Below are positions 32,168 to 42,179 of a stretch of DNA of 64,000 bases, piece after piece (the stretch's first letter is position 1; each line of letters opens with the position of its first letter). Made by a program: the position numbers and the translations under genes. This DNA is from an uncultured virus (IMG/VR IMGVR_UViG_3300027861_004723) (taxonomy: Duplodnaviria; Heunggongvirae; Uroviricota; Caudoviricetes): IMG/VR virus record IMGVR_UViG_3300027861_004723. One strand, given 5' to 3'. Below the pieces are notes generated by a model that had not been told where the DNA came from, did no database searches, and saw only the letters and a list, made by a program, of their open reading frames with translations.

Positions 32168-34621
32168 CTAGCGCCGCCTTCTTCTCAATTTACGTTTGCT
32201 GCGTTTTCTAGTATAAGCGCAAGGCAAGTGTTCTTCCTGGTTACAGCACCACTGTTTGTTGCAAACAGGGCAGACGGCTCGGGCGTAGCAGCCTTTACAT
32301 AGTTTCTTTTTATTATGGTCGCACAGTTTCGTGCAGTCCTCGCAGAAAGGCTTTTTACAGTCATCGCATTTTTCGTGCGTATTAGTATCACACTCTACTT
32401 CTTCCTTGCCTGTTTTATTATTGACAACATACTCTTCTATCTCTGTGTTGGAACATTGCTCCGGCTCGCAATTCTCGCAGTGTCTGCAATCCCAGCCATC
32501 ATACGGGCAATCACAATCCTCGCAGCCTGTTACGCAGCTTTCACAGTAATCTCCATCACAATGTTCACAAGTCGTGCTGCAAGCAGGGCAGGTGCTCCCG
32601 CAGCTATCGCACCCGTTACTAGCTTCGCAGCTATCACAATAATCAGTACCACAGGTAGGACAACTATTAGTACACTCGGAACAGACACTGCCGTAACAGT
32701 TATTTTGCACCCCGCACTCACGAAGGTGGTCCCCGCACACAGCATTTTCGCAGGATTCGCATCTATACTGGCAATCTTCGCAAACTTCCACGTCACAGCA
32801 CTCTAGGGTGACTAGATCACTTGGGCCGTAGTCAGAGCCACAGCCAGCACATTCCGTAAGATGCTCATTACATACATAGTCGGCATTGTAGGACGAGCCA
32901 ACGTCCGTTGCACATTCATCACAATAATAAGCCGGTTCTGAATCTTTTACTGCAGGACCAACGCCTCTGGCTTCACATTCCCGGCACGTATGAGCATGAT
33001 CTTCACATACAAGACCGCAACAATCACCGCCCACGCACTTAAAGAATTTCTTGCATAGAGGACATCCGTGATCTTCTGGGTCGTCACTTTCCCCACAGTC
33101 GTAGCACCACATGTTTCTTATTCCAACCATGTTGTCCATTAGTTGTTGGTCGCCCTCATAATGACCGTGCGGTGGGCCATTACATAGCAGCAGATCAAAT
33201 CTATCCAGCGCCATAGATACCCTAGAAGGATCCGGTATAGTAGCTTCACTTTCTTTCTGCCCACAGGTATCACAATAATCTTCTCCATGGAGGTAAAGAT
33301 GCTGACCAGCGGGGCAGGGATCTGGCCCATACCCAGGAAGGGATCCTCCGAGAGGCGACCAGGTAGCTCCTTCTTCCCGCGCCCGACGCGCCAATACCTC
33401 CTCGCGGTCTATAGCCGAATCCATAGCCATCTGAAGTAGCTTAATGAGATCACCATACTCTTCCGTACTTATAGGATGAACACCACAATCATTGGTATCC
33501 ATAAATTGCATAGATTGGCAGTGAATTAGGCCATACTTCTTTTGGTCTCTCAGGATAAGATAGAGTGGGCCTTCCCTAAGATATGCCGCTGCAGTACCTT
33601 CATTACAAACACACCAGTTAGTCATATTAGCAGCCTTGCTAGCGGCTTTAGCATTGGTAATGCGTATAATCTGGTATTCTGTGCCGTTGATCAAATCACG
33701 AAAGATGGATTGCACACCCTCTTTTTGCAATTCCATCACACTTTTAGTCTCTGGTAGCCATTTCTTGACGAACATGAATAATTGCTGCGTGCTATTAAAG
33801 TTCTTTATTTGCCTATACTCTACGGGCAGTCTACGTTTAATACGATGATAGGTAGAGAGTAGCTCTCGGGTTTTTTCTGAATCCTCTGGCAATTTTATCT
33901 TGTTGTTTATTACAAGATTCATAATCCATTCACAATAACTACCTGATTTGCTAGGATCCGCTTCCCCTATTATAGCCATCTGTCTACGGATATCTGCTTC
34001 ACGTTTTGCTACATTGACCTGGATTGGTGATCCTACTTTTTTGGTTAGCTTGTTTTGGAACCGGTCCATGAGGTATTGGCGACGTTTATCACTAATGGGA
34101 TTGCGGTATCTCCTATCAAACTCCCCCAACTCGGCGCTCTCTCTTTGTGGATTAGGGAAAACCGCTCTAATGTCTAGAACTTTGCGTCTATCTTTTTTAC
34201 GTGGAGACGTATCAACAATAACCTCTCCATCGTAATCTAGTAATAATGCGTGCCCTTGAACTCGTATCATATAACGAGTCCCTTTAGGATCACCCCAAGA
34301 ATTTTCCGAGGCATGGCGGCCTAGCTCATGTGTGAGCCATTTAATTATATATTTTGCCCTGGCAACTGTCTTTACCCCCGGCTTATAGCCTATATTTCTG
34401 TAACCTCTTTTAAGATGTGAATTACGAGAACGTGCGGCCCATCCATTCTTACGAAGAATAGCAAGACGCTGTTTCAGCTGCCCGCTATAGTGATAAGAAC
34501 ATGAATTTATGCCGAAAGCAGCTAATACCGCACTAGTACAGACGGTTTTAGAGCCTCCTCTAAATCGGAGGTGTTCTGGCACTCCACGAGCATTGGGGTC
34601 TTCTCTAGGATTAGGTTGCAT
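32168..34621 (-). CDS. 817-aa protein: conserved phage domain plus long CxxC-repeat region
   Basis: ADPS..G.Y..WI, LPED.EK, TNWCV, YL.EGPLY; more than 30 CxxC-like pairs; TGATAAAAT 6 nt before ATG. Confidence 0.85.
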   Translation of the reverse strand: MQPNPREDPNARGVPEHLRFRGGSKTVCTSAVLAAFGINSCSYHYSGQLKQRLAILRKNGWAARSRNSHLKRGYRNIGYKPGVKTVARAKYIIKWLTHELGRHASENSWGDPKGTRYMIRVQGHALLLDYDGEVIVDTSPRKKDRRKVLDIRAVFPNPQRESAELGEFDRRYRNPISDKRRQYLMDRFQNKLTKKVGSPIQVNVAKREADIRRQMAIIGEADPSKSGSYCEWIMNLVINNKIKLPEDSEKTRELLSTYHRIKRRLPVEYRQIKNFNSTQQLFMFVKKWLPETKSVMELQKEGVQSIFRDLINGTEYQIIRITNAKAASKAANMTNWCVCNEGTAAAYLREGPLYLILRDQKKYGLIHCQSMQFMDTNDCGVHPISTEEYGDLIKLLQMAMDSAIDREEVLARRAREEGATWSPLGGSLPGYGPDPCPAGQHLYLHGEDYCDTCGQKESEATIPDPSRVSMALDRFDLLLCNGPPHGHYEGDQQLMDNMVGIRNMWCYDCGESDDPEDHGCPLCKKFFKCVGGDCCGLVCEDHAHTCRECEARGVGPAVKDSEPAYYCDECATDVGSSYNADYVCNEHLTECAGCGSDYGPSDLVTLECCDVEVCEDCQYRCESCENAVCGDHLRECGVQNNCYGSVCSECTNSCPTCGTDYCDSCEASNGCDSCGSTCPACSTTCEHCDGDYCESCVTGCEDCDCPYDGWDCRHCENCEPEQCSNTEIEEYVVNNKTGKEEVECDTNTHEKCDDCKKPFCEDCTKLCDHNKKKLCKGCYARAVCPVCNKQWCCNQEEHLPCAYTRKRSKRKLRRRRR

Positions 34622-34722
34622 AAATCTATTTTATCAAAAATGCGCTGATCTTTGATCTCTGATCTTTGTTCTTTGTAATAGCAGCGGGTTGTCTTAGCAA
34701 AAATATCATCTATACTTAGTAT

Positions 34723-35191
34723 GTGGAAGACATCAGAAAAACTCGCCTCCGCAAAGGCTTGGCCCAACTTAGCAAGGAGCAAATATCAAAGCTCCTTGAA
34801 GCCCCGGAAGAGTCCCTGGTTATGGATGAATTTTACTACCACGATGGGCTTTGGTGACCGCTAGCTGTAGCTCTGGAGTTACCAGGCAAAATAGACGATC
34901 CTACCAACGAAAAAGTTCGCGATACTATCACTGATATGGGATACCAGGTGATCCGAATCCTCAAGGGTTTCGAGATTCCTGTGCACGCCGTCGCGCTGAC
35001 GAAAATGGACCGCGTCGAGTACGACGAGCAGACCTTCCGAGATCGGGAGGCCGAGGTGCGTCTGCTCCTCGACGAGTACGGCGTCAAACAATGATCTCAA
35101 TCCAATGAAAGGCGTACCAGGCGTCTACTACACAACAGATAGGTATGAGGATTTAATCAGGCTTGCTAAAGAATTGTCACCTTTGCTATAA
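34723..35191 (+). CDS. Candidate selenoprotein gene (TGA 34855-34857), apparently interrupted by an insert of about 148 bp
   Basis: TATACT-N6-GTG; frame open past the TGA (W-TGA-PLAVALEL) to 35094; plausible native C-terminus NPMKGVPG...SPLL in the +1 frame, ending 35191. Confidence 0.55.
34945..35092 (+). pseudogene. Fragment of an EF-Tu/EF-1A/SelB/CysN-family GTPase (G4 region)
   Basis: AVALTKMDRVEYDEQTF....EVRLLLDEYG; about 59% GC by hand count, higher than the flanks. Confidence 0.6.
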
Positions 35192-35197
35192 TAGGGC

Positions 35198-37465
35198 ATG
35201 CCCTTACGTCGCTATAACCCCATCAGTGATTCCAGACTACCAAATATTCGTAGCTACATAATAAAATGGATGGTAGGCTACTATAATGAATTGGGTGCCA
35301 CGCGGAGAGCCGCACAGGATATTATCAAACCCTACCAAGACCTCATACACAAAGAGACAATCGGGCTATTTAAAATCAGAGTCTATTCTGAGCCCAAAGA
35401 ATTTAAGTCGTGGATGGAGCCAGGCTATGATCCTGGCCACAGATATGTAATTTTTGCACCAGCAGAAATCAATGAATACAACGATGAATACGCACGCTAT
35501 CCGCGTGTATTGGGCGGCGACCCAGGATCCTTTGTATCTGCGGAGAACAAGGTAAGCCCTACTGATGATAGAGATATACAACATACTCTTCTATTACTAA
35601 GAAGATCTTTTGAAGATGTAACCACCCATATTGAAAGTTCAGCGGATCACTTGCTGAGGCAACTTAAAGATGCTGATCCTACACACACGGGAGAATATGC
35701 ACGTTGGATAGCTAAACAAGTAATAGAAGAAAATCTACGGTTTCCAGAAGATATCGAAAAGGTTAATGATGATTTAACTGGTTTTCATGGTATCAAGGCT
35801 CGCAAAGTGCTGCCCAAAGAACATCGTGATATAAATAAGTTTGCTACATACGGAGAGTTTTTTGAAATTCTAAAGCAGTTTGGCGGGGTTCTTAGCGACC
35901 GGGAAAAAGTAGCCCGAGCTATGGAAAGTGGTAATACCATTTACGAATCTGAAACTTATCGGGTTATAGAAGTCAAAAAGTGGCAGCTAGCCAAACACCT
36001 TGCCCAAGGAACCGGTTGGTGTGTTCGTGGCACAGATATGGCCCAGCACTACCTGCAAGAACCGGAAAAGTATCCGTTATACTTCTTTTTTAGAGATGGT
36101 GAGCAATACGGCCTATTATCAAGTCGTCCAGACGAGCCACAATTTAAAGATGTAAACGATGTTGAGTTTACTAAAGAGGCTATTGAAGAAGATTCGGAAC
36201 TTGTAAGCATCTTACCCAAGATTTGTGATTGGATTGTCTGCGTTGGTTGTGGGACTGTTTATGCTGAAAAATTCGATTTAGATCGCTTTAGTGATGAACT
36301 ATCCGAATTGACTGGAACTAATTTTCAATCCGATAGGCCCATTCCAGTAAAAGACACTGGGGTTACTTTCGGGGTTGGCAGTTACCTGGTATTCCAGTCT
36401 CCCCCAGCCATAAGCAACTATCCTGTTATCACAACGGAAACAATGCTTAATGATAAGGTAATGCTTGGACCCGCCCGAGGAGTTTTAAAACAAATTGCTG
36501 ATGTAAAGTTTCCTGCTATTGATAAGTTTTTTGAGAAAGCTGGAATCTCTAACTCCGCTGATATTGTAAGGGATATTACGAAACGGGTTGTAGAGCCTTT
36601 GCTTTGTTCTTGTGGGGGCCTTGATAGACCTATCGATGCAGGGGAGGTTAGAGATGAAATTCTCCATGCTTTGTTTGTTATTCAGCCCTGCGAAGATTTT
36701 GGCGTTATGTCAGGCTACGTCGTATGCGGGCATGACTTATCGCCCAAATATCGAGGGCCTGCCTGCCCCGCTAGACTCATGGATTGGGGTCCTTTTGTTG
36801 GTATGCGCTGCGTCTGCGGAGTTTTCGTACCTTACGGATCAAGATTTTCCATATGCCCAGCTTGTTTACGAGATGATGAACCCACAGAATATTACACAGG
36901 ACGCCCGCTCGATGAAGATGAACAAGACGATCTTAACTGGACAGGTGATTATCCCAAAGACGGATGTCCTCTTGAGGAACTATCTCAGATATTATCCTCT
37001 ACTTTACCTAAATGGAGGCACGCAGCAACATTTAAGTGGGATTTTTCATATGACCCCAAGTTAAGAACGGGGCATAGTAGAGAGGCTAAGCCGAAATGGC
37101 ACTCCCAGAAACCTCCTTCCCTGGCAGAGAAACTTAACCTAAGAAAATCGATTGACATGTATGGGTACGCGGTGTGGAATATCCGTCCTCTTCCTAGGTG
37201 GCATGAATTTGCGCAGGTATACGTTGCGCTATACCAGTTTCCCGAGTTCCGTGACTTGCCAGAAGTCTACTTCAGCCCAGAATTCGGGGAATTTCTTTCT
37301 GAATACAGGGATCTTTTCGAAGCAGTCAATGAACAGCAGTATTTTGATAAGGAAGCCTTCATGTATCTACTAGATGCATTTGAGAATATATCCAGCGTAG
37401 TAAAGAAGATAATCAAAACTGACTCCCACGCACACAATTATTGTTGTGAGGCCCTTGATCCATAA
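35198..37465 (+). CDS. 755-aa RRYNP-tagged paralogue of the conserved domain in 32168 and 29735
   Basis: ADPT.TG.Y..WI, FPED.EK, TGWCV; TGCTATAAT 5 nt before ATG. Confidence 0.85.
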   Translation: MPLRRYNPISDSRLPNIRSYIIKWMVGYYNELGATRRAAQDIIKPYQDLIHKETIGLFKIRVYSEPKEFKSWMEPGYDPGHRYVIFAPAEINEYNDEYARYPRVLGGDPGSFVSAENKVSPTDDRDIQHTLLLLRRSFEDVTTHIESSADHLLRQLKDADPTHTGEYARWIAKQVIEENLRFPEDIEKVNDDLTGFHGIKARKVLPKEHRDINKFATYGEFFEILKQFGGVLSDREKVARAMESGNTIYESETYRVIEVKKWQLAKHLAQGTGWCVRGTDMAQHYLQEPEKYPLYFFFRDGEQYGLLSSRPDEPQFKDVNDVEFTKEAIEEDSELVSILPKICDWIVCVGCGTVYAEKFDLDRFSDELSELTGTNFQSDRPIPVKDTGVTFGVGSYLVFQSPPAISNYPVITTETMLNDKVMLGPARGVLKQIADVKFPAIDKFFEKAGISNSADIVRDITKRVVEPLLCSCGGLDRPIDAGEVRDEILHALFVIQPCEDFGVMSGYVVCGHDLSPKYRGPACPARLMDWGPFVGMRCVCGVFVPYGSRFSICPACLRDDEPTEYYTGRPLDEDEQDDLNWTGDYPKDGCPLEELSQILSSTLPKWRHAATFKWDFSYDPKLRTGHSREAKPKWHSQKPPSLAEKLNLRKSIDMYGYAVWNIRPLPRWHEFAQVYVALYQFPEFRDLPEVYFSPEFGEFLSEYRDLFEAVNEQQYFDKEAFMYLLDAFENISSVVKKIIKTDSHAHNYCCEALDP

Positions 37466-37488
37466 AATATATGTGGTAATATCTTTTT

Positions 37489-37896
37489 ATGACTAAAACC
37501 AGAATCAAATCTCAAGTTCGGCTCACGGGTTCTGTAGATCCCGAACACATTACTAAACAGCTAAAAATGGAAGCCGATGAAACTTGGAAACTCGGTGATA
37601 AGATGGCCCATACCTGTCGTCGCCATAAAGACAACGGCTGGGAGCTTACATCGGGATGGGAGGATTCCTCGGATCTTGGTGAGCAAGCCAAGAAAATCCT
37701 TGATCGAGTCAACTATAGGATTGGTATCTTAAAGCAGTGGGCAGCTAATAACCGCCAAACACTTGATATGGAACTATCTTGTTGCGTTGAGTTGTGCGAC
37801 CAAGCCCCATCAATCAACTTTGGTCCTGTCTTGCTAGAGCGAGCCGCTAGTTTAGGGATGACCATTGACGTCGATATTATTCAAGTCGCGAATTAG
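37489..37896 (+). CDS. DUF4279-like protein
   Basis: DPE.IT..L...ADE.W..GD, W.L.S, C-terminal IDVDI; TGGTAATAT 6 nt before ATG. Confidence 0.7.
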   Translation: MTKTRIKSQVRLTGSVDPEHITKQLKMEADETWKLGDKMAHTCRRHKDNGWELTSGWEDSSDLGEQAKKILDRVNYRIGILKQWAANNRQTLDMELSCCVELCDQAPSINFGPVLLERAASLGMTIDVDIIQVAN

Positions 37897-38140
37897 CACC
37901 CATTGCTGGGCCTTTGGGGAAGCTGTGAAACACGAGCTTACTCACATAGCACTCAGCATAGGTTATACGGGCGCACCCCCAATCCAAAATTACGGGTTTC
38001 GAGGCAATGTTTATGATGGTACAGAAGCTACTGTGCTCAGGGCTGTCAAATTTTCGGTAAGAGACATTATTCGCGATGAGATTGAGGACAGAGATCGAAG
38101 ATCAAAGATCAGCGCCTAGTTAATATGCTACAATAGGCCT

Positions 38141-39820
38141 ATGCGATACAGAAGAAATGCTGATTCACGTCTTAGAAAACTAGAACGTCGGCTACATAGC
38201 GGTGATTTGACCGCAGCTATGCCACTTACCCATGAATTGCAAAGAACAATGGGGGCGGGTCCGGATTTTGTTGATGCCTTGCTGAGAAATGATCTCTTAC
38301 CTAGGATACCCGAACAGCCCTATCAAAGTACTGGGCAGTTGCCTGCCTTCTTTGAGCACATCGACCCACAGTATTGGTATCCATATACAGCGCTAATTAG
38401 CGAATTAGTAAGTCGAGGTATTCCTTTTGGTCTCAGGCCAAATGGTGCAACCTGCGGCTGTGAGCACAGTAATTGCCAACACCCAGTAAGAAATGATTAC
38501 TGCTATGATTGCAACATTGCTGGTACAATGGTTCCTCTAGAAGAGTTTTATGACTTAGATAAGACGCATGTTTTTGATTGCGCTTGTGGGCGTCGGTTTA
38601 CAGGAACTCCTGATTATAAGAAGCATGCCCAGGATTGCGGGGGGGATCCAGAGGTTGTTGGAACGCTCAGAGAGGTAGCAGCAAATGCTCAAGACGAGGG
38701 GTGGAGTAGATACGATATTATTTGCACTAAATGTAAAGACATAAGAGGATACTATACCCCAGGAGATGGCCCTTGCGGCGAGCTACCTTGGCGAGGCTAC
38801 AATAATGACCTAGGTGGTATTTGTGATTTCTGCTTCGCTGGCTATCCACAAGTTTGGCACAGCAATATATGTCAATGTCTTGAGTGCAGCGAAGGTATTG
38901 GCCCTCTTATCCTTCTTAGAACTCGTATGATGCCTCCCAGAGATCTAGAATCTATGCTTGATGATTACGAAACTTTTTACGGTGATGGCCGTAAAGTAGA
39001 CGTTGCTTTCAGTATTGATAGAGATTCAGAATATGCAGAAAACTGGTGGACGGAATATGGTTATGATAATGATAATGGCCATCGTAAGCTAGACACTTTA
39101 TCTCTGCATTGCATAGAAATACGACCTAATGGCGGATACAGATTACGAGAATATAGTCATCTTAATGAAAAGATGATACTGCCTAGATTCAGAGAAATTT
39201 TAGATCATAGATTGGCCCAGCCAGGCCCTCCCGGCGCTAAAGAACTTTTTAGGTGTCATATGCTAGGCAGAGACTTTTCTCTACCCGAACTAATAGACCA
39301 TCTTGCAGTTCATAATACACCTAATATGCCGCAGTTTATACAGCAGGTTTATGATGTTGTTAAAGAAGAAATCTCTTTCGACGCCATTTTCCAGCTAGAC
39401 CGAATAGACCCGACTTTGAGAGAATTTGAATGTCTTGGCTACTGGTCTCCCCCAGCACCAGACTTCTATATCGAAGGCTTTTTGACATCACAAAGAACAC
39501 TAGCCGGGTTCAGTGAACTGCCCTTGCGAGTAGTATTTTCTAGGCATTCCCAGACAGATACAGTAACCTTTTACCTTCTAGGAGACAGATTCGGTGATAC
39601 TAGACAAGAATTTAATCGCCCATACAGTGATCACTCAGAATCTAAAAAACCTACTCTAGAAAATATTACCAAGCGATTGGGGTGGGCATTAGATCGTGCT
39701 CAACGATCTCCTATGGAGGGCCATATACAACCAGGTCGGTTGGAAATGTTAATTAATAATTTCTGTCCGCACGGCTATCAATCAGAAGAGTGTAAGAAAT
39801 GCGGGACACAGCATGGATAG
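38141..39820 (+). CDS. 559-aa Cys-rich protein starting MRYRRNADSRLRKLERR
   Basis: TGCTACAAT 6 nt before ATG. Confidence 0.8.
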   Translation: MRYRRNADSRLRKLERRLHSGDLTAAMPLTHELQRTMGAGPDFVDALLRNDLLPRIPEQPYQSTGQLPAFFEHIDPQYWYPYTALISELVSRGIPFGLRPNGATCGCEHSNCQHPVRNDYCYDCNIAGTMVPLEEFYDLDKTHVFDCACGRRFTGTPDYKKHAQDCGGDPEVVGTLREVAANAQDEGWSRYDIICTKCKDIRGYYTPGDGPCGELPWRGYNNDLGGICDFCFAGYPQVWHSNICQCLECSEGIGPLILLRTRMMPPRDLESMLDDYETFYGDGRKVDVAFSIDRDSEYAENWWTEYGYDNDNGHRKLDTLSLHCIEIRPNGGYRLREYSHLNEKMILPRFREILDHRLAQPGPPGAKELFRCHMLGRDFSLPELIDHLAVHNTPNMPQFIQQVYDVVKEEISFDAIFQLDRIDPTLREFECLGYWSPPAPDFYIEGFLTSQRTLAGFSELPLRVVFSRHSQTDTVTFYLLGDRFGDTRQEFNRPYSDHSESKKPTLENITKRLGWALDRAQRSPMEGHIQPGRLEMLINNFCPHGYQSEECKKCGTQHG

Positions 39821-40286
39821 AAGACTAAGAGAATTACAACGTCGCGCCGCACAAGATCCTACTGCTAAGGACAGATACACAAGAGAACTTATTCGCAGCG
39901 GCAGAGTAGAAGAGTGCTTAGAAACTATATGCGACGTTAGTGAGCTATACCTCAAGAATGTTGGTGGCGAGGAATTTTGGGAGTCTAATTATAAACGCAG
40001 AGAAATCCTATCAAAAGTTGCAGATTGCACAAAACTGGGGGTTTTCGTTGTTATAGGATATGATGATGAGGGTGATGGCAGTCCTGATCGAGTTTTCGTC
40101 TCAGAAGACCAAGCCCTTAAGTGGGTAGTTGACTTGATTATGGAGCAAGGCGAGTATATCTTTGATGATGAGACCGCTAATGATTTTCAGCTTCTATACA
40201 ATGGGCGTAATTTTAGAGACATAATGCGGGAAGCCCGTTTCCAGGGAATTGATTACTCAATACACACGGTACTTCTATCGGGTTAG
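39813..40286 (+). CDS. Hypothetical protein starting MDRRLRELQRRA
   Basis: Overlaps the upstream stop. Confidence 0.75.
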   Translation: MDRRLRELQRRAAQDPTAKDRYTRELIRSGRVEECLETICDVSELYLKNVGGEEFWESNYKRREILSKVADCTKLGVFVVIGYDDEGDGSPDRVFVSEDQALKWVVDLIMEQGEYIFDDETANDFQLLYNGRNFRDIMREARFQGIDYSIHTVLLSG

Positions 40287-40287
40287 A

Positions 40288-40716
40288 TTAGAAATCTAAT
40301 ACCCTAGCGCCCATCGACCCAAACTGGGCAAGACTGTTTATCCTTCCCATTTTAGCTTCTACTGCAGGGCATGGTTGGCAAGGTATTGAAGGTGTTATTG
40401 GGCAAGGTGGCGGTGACGGACAAGGTGAAGGTGTTGGGCAGGAAAATCCTGAAGGCTTTGGACAAGGTTTGGCTGTTGGGCAAGAGGGGGCTACGCAGGG
40501 CGTAGGTGCTGGGCACGACAATACGGGGCACGGCGGTGCCACGGGACAGACAGGACACGTTACGCGGTCATCCACTCCGTCAACTAGACTAGATAGTATA
40601 TAAGAAAGCCCTACTGAGATAAGCCAAAATTTGACCCTATCTTCTGGTTTCCAGAAGAAGTTCAACCCATAACCTATACCTAAAGTCCCTAAACCTATAA
40701 TAGCAGCTTTGTTCAC
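40288..40716 (-). CDS. Two-TM membrane protein with Cys/Pro-rich (CP) repeats
   Basis: TATAAT 6 nt before GTG 40716; CPVCPVAPPCP repeats. Confidence 0.7.
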   Translation of the reverse strand: MNKAAIIGLGTLGIGYGLNFFWKPEDRVKFWLISVGLSYILSSLVDGVDDRVTCPVCPVAPPCPVLSCPAPTPCVAPSCPTAKPCPKPSGFSCPTPSPCPSPPPCPITPSIPCQPCPAVEAKMGRINSLAQFGSMGARVLDF

Positions 40717-40778
40717 ATCTCTATTATACAAAAGGAGGGTGTTGTTGCTTATCTAATTTGCCCTGATAATATGGGAGT

Positions 40779-42056
40779 ATGAACGACCAAGAACTAAGTG
40801 AGCAAGAATTAGAGAATATATTTAGAGATTATTTAGCTGCTGGACGAAGCGTATATTTACCAGAATTACTAGACCAGGGAAATAGCAAAAGATGGGAGAA
40901 AGACGTAGAGGAGTATCGTAAGCGGTTGTGTTTGCCCAGTAGTTCTGAAGGTACTAATTCGGCCATTTACCTAGTATACCAAAACTAAGCGTCATAGCTG
41001 CGCTGATCTTTGATCTCTGATCTCCGAGCTTAGACCTGAGTCTTGCATTACTTAGAAAAAACGCTAAAATAAATAACACTGATACTGCTACGGAGAATAA
41101 ATGGAAATTGATAGAGAATTAGTCGAAGGCTGTCTTTCGGACATGAAGTTCGCTCACAAATACTTAGTGGACATTTCTAAGCTAGGAGTTCCTGTTTTTC
41201 TACAAGCTTCGATGCTTAGCCTCAGAATCCTAGACCTAGAAACAGAACTAAGGGATAATAAAACAGATGATGTTTGTTCCAGTAACTAGAGGCTATCTCA
41301 GGCGCGTTGATGATCGCGGAGTAACTCTTGAATTTAGCTTTGCTGGCAAGCGCGAGGCTGACGACTTTGAAAAGCAATGGAAGCGAGCTATTGAAGACGC
41401 TAGCTGCCCCAGTTGTAGGATACTCTGGGAACAAGTTATGGGCGACCGTAATGTTAGCCACTGCAAAGAATGCAAGTGGCCTGAGATGCTGGTGGAGCGA
41501 AACCGCAAAAAGATCAAAGCCTTAGAAGTAAAGAATACTGAGTTACAGAAACAATGCACAACAACAAAGGAAAATTAAAATGGGAATGCCAACTTGCTCC
41601 TCAACTCCAGTCAAAGCCAAGGTAGCCGGATGGTGGAATGGAATGGCTACCGGCCCTAGACAACTACCAGAGTGGATGCTAATGGTATCTTCTCTAGAAC
41701 AAGAATGTTATGAAGATCATTTGATAGGTCAGGTTTATGATCCACAAACTAACCCCGACCCTACCGTTACTGTCCCACAGCGAGTAGATCTAGAAGGCAC
41801 TGGTTGGATTTTTGAATGGCAAATGAAAGATTTCAAGAGTTCGAGCTATTGCGTCCACGCTCTTGTTATTAGTAAAGAGGGCAAGGAAATCTATGTTCTA
41901 AATACGGACCAGTATTCTGGCTGTGGGGAGATCACTGTAGAGTTCTTTGCACTCGGAGATAATGCCGAGAGCGACCTACTGGATTTCGTCAATGATCTAA
42001 TCCCCCACAGGTCAATGGATGTGGAAACTGATACAACTGTTCATCAGTGGATGTAA
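40779..42056 (+). CDS. Four hypothetical genes (40779, 41101, 41267, 41580)
   Basis: Co-oriented ORFs with RBS or leaderless starts. Confidence 0.6.
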
Positions 42057-42179
42057 AACAAGTATATCCAGGTATAAGCCAGGTCTGGATCGGGGTTGGG
42101 GTTCCGATAGCAGATGGCGTTTGGGATCAAGTTGAGGATCTAGTGTGGATACCTATATTGGAACTAGTTTGGGACCAAG

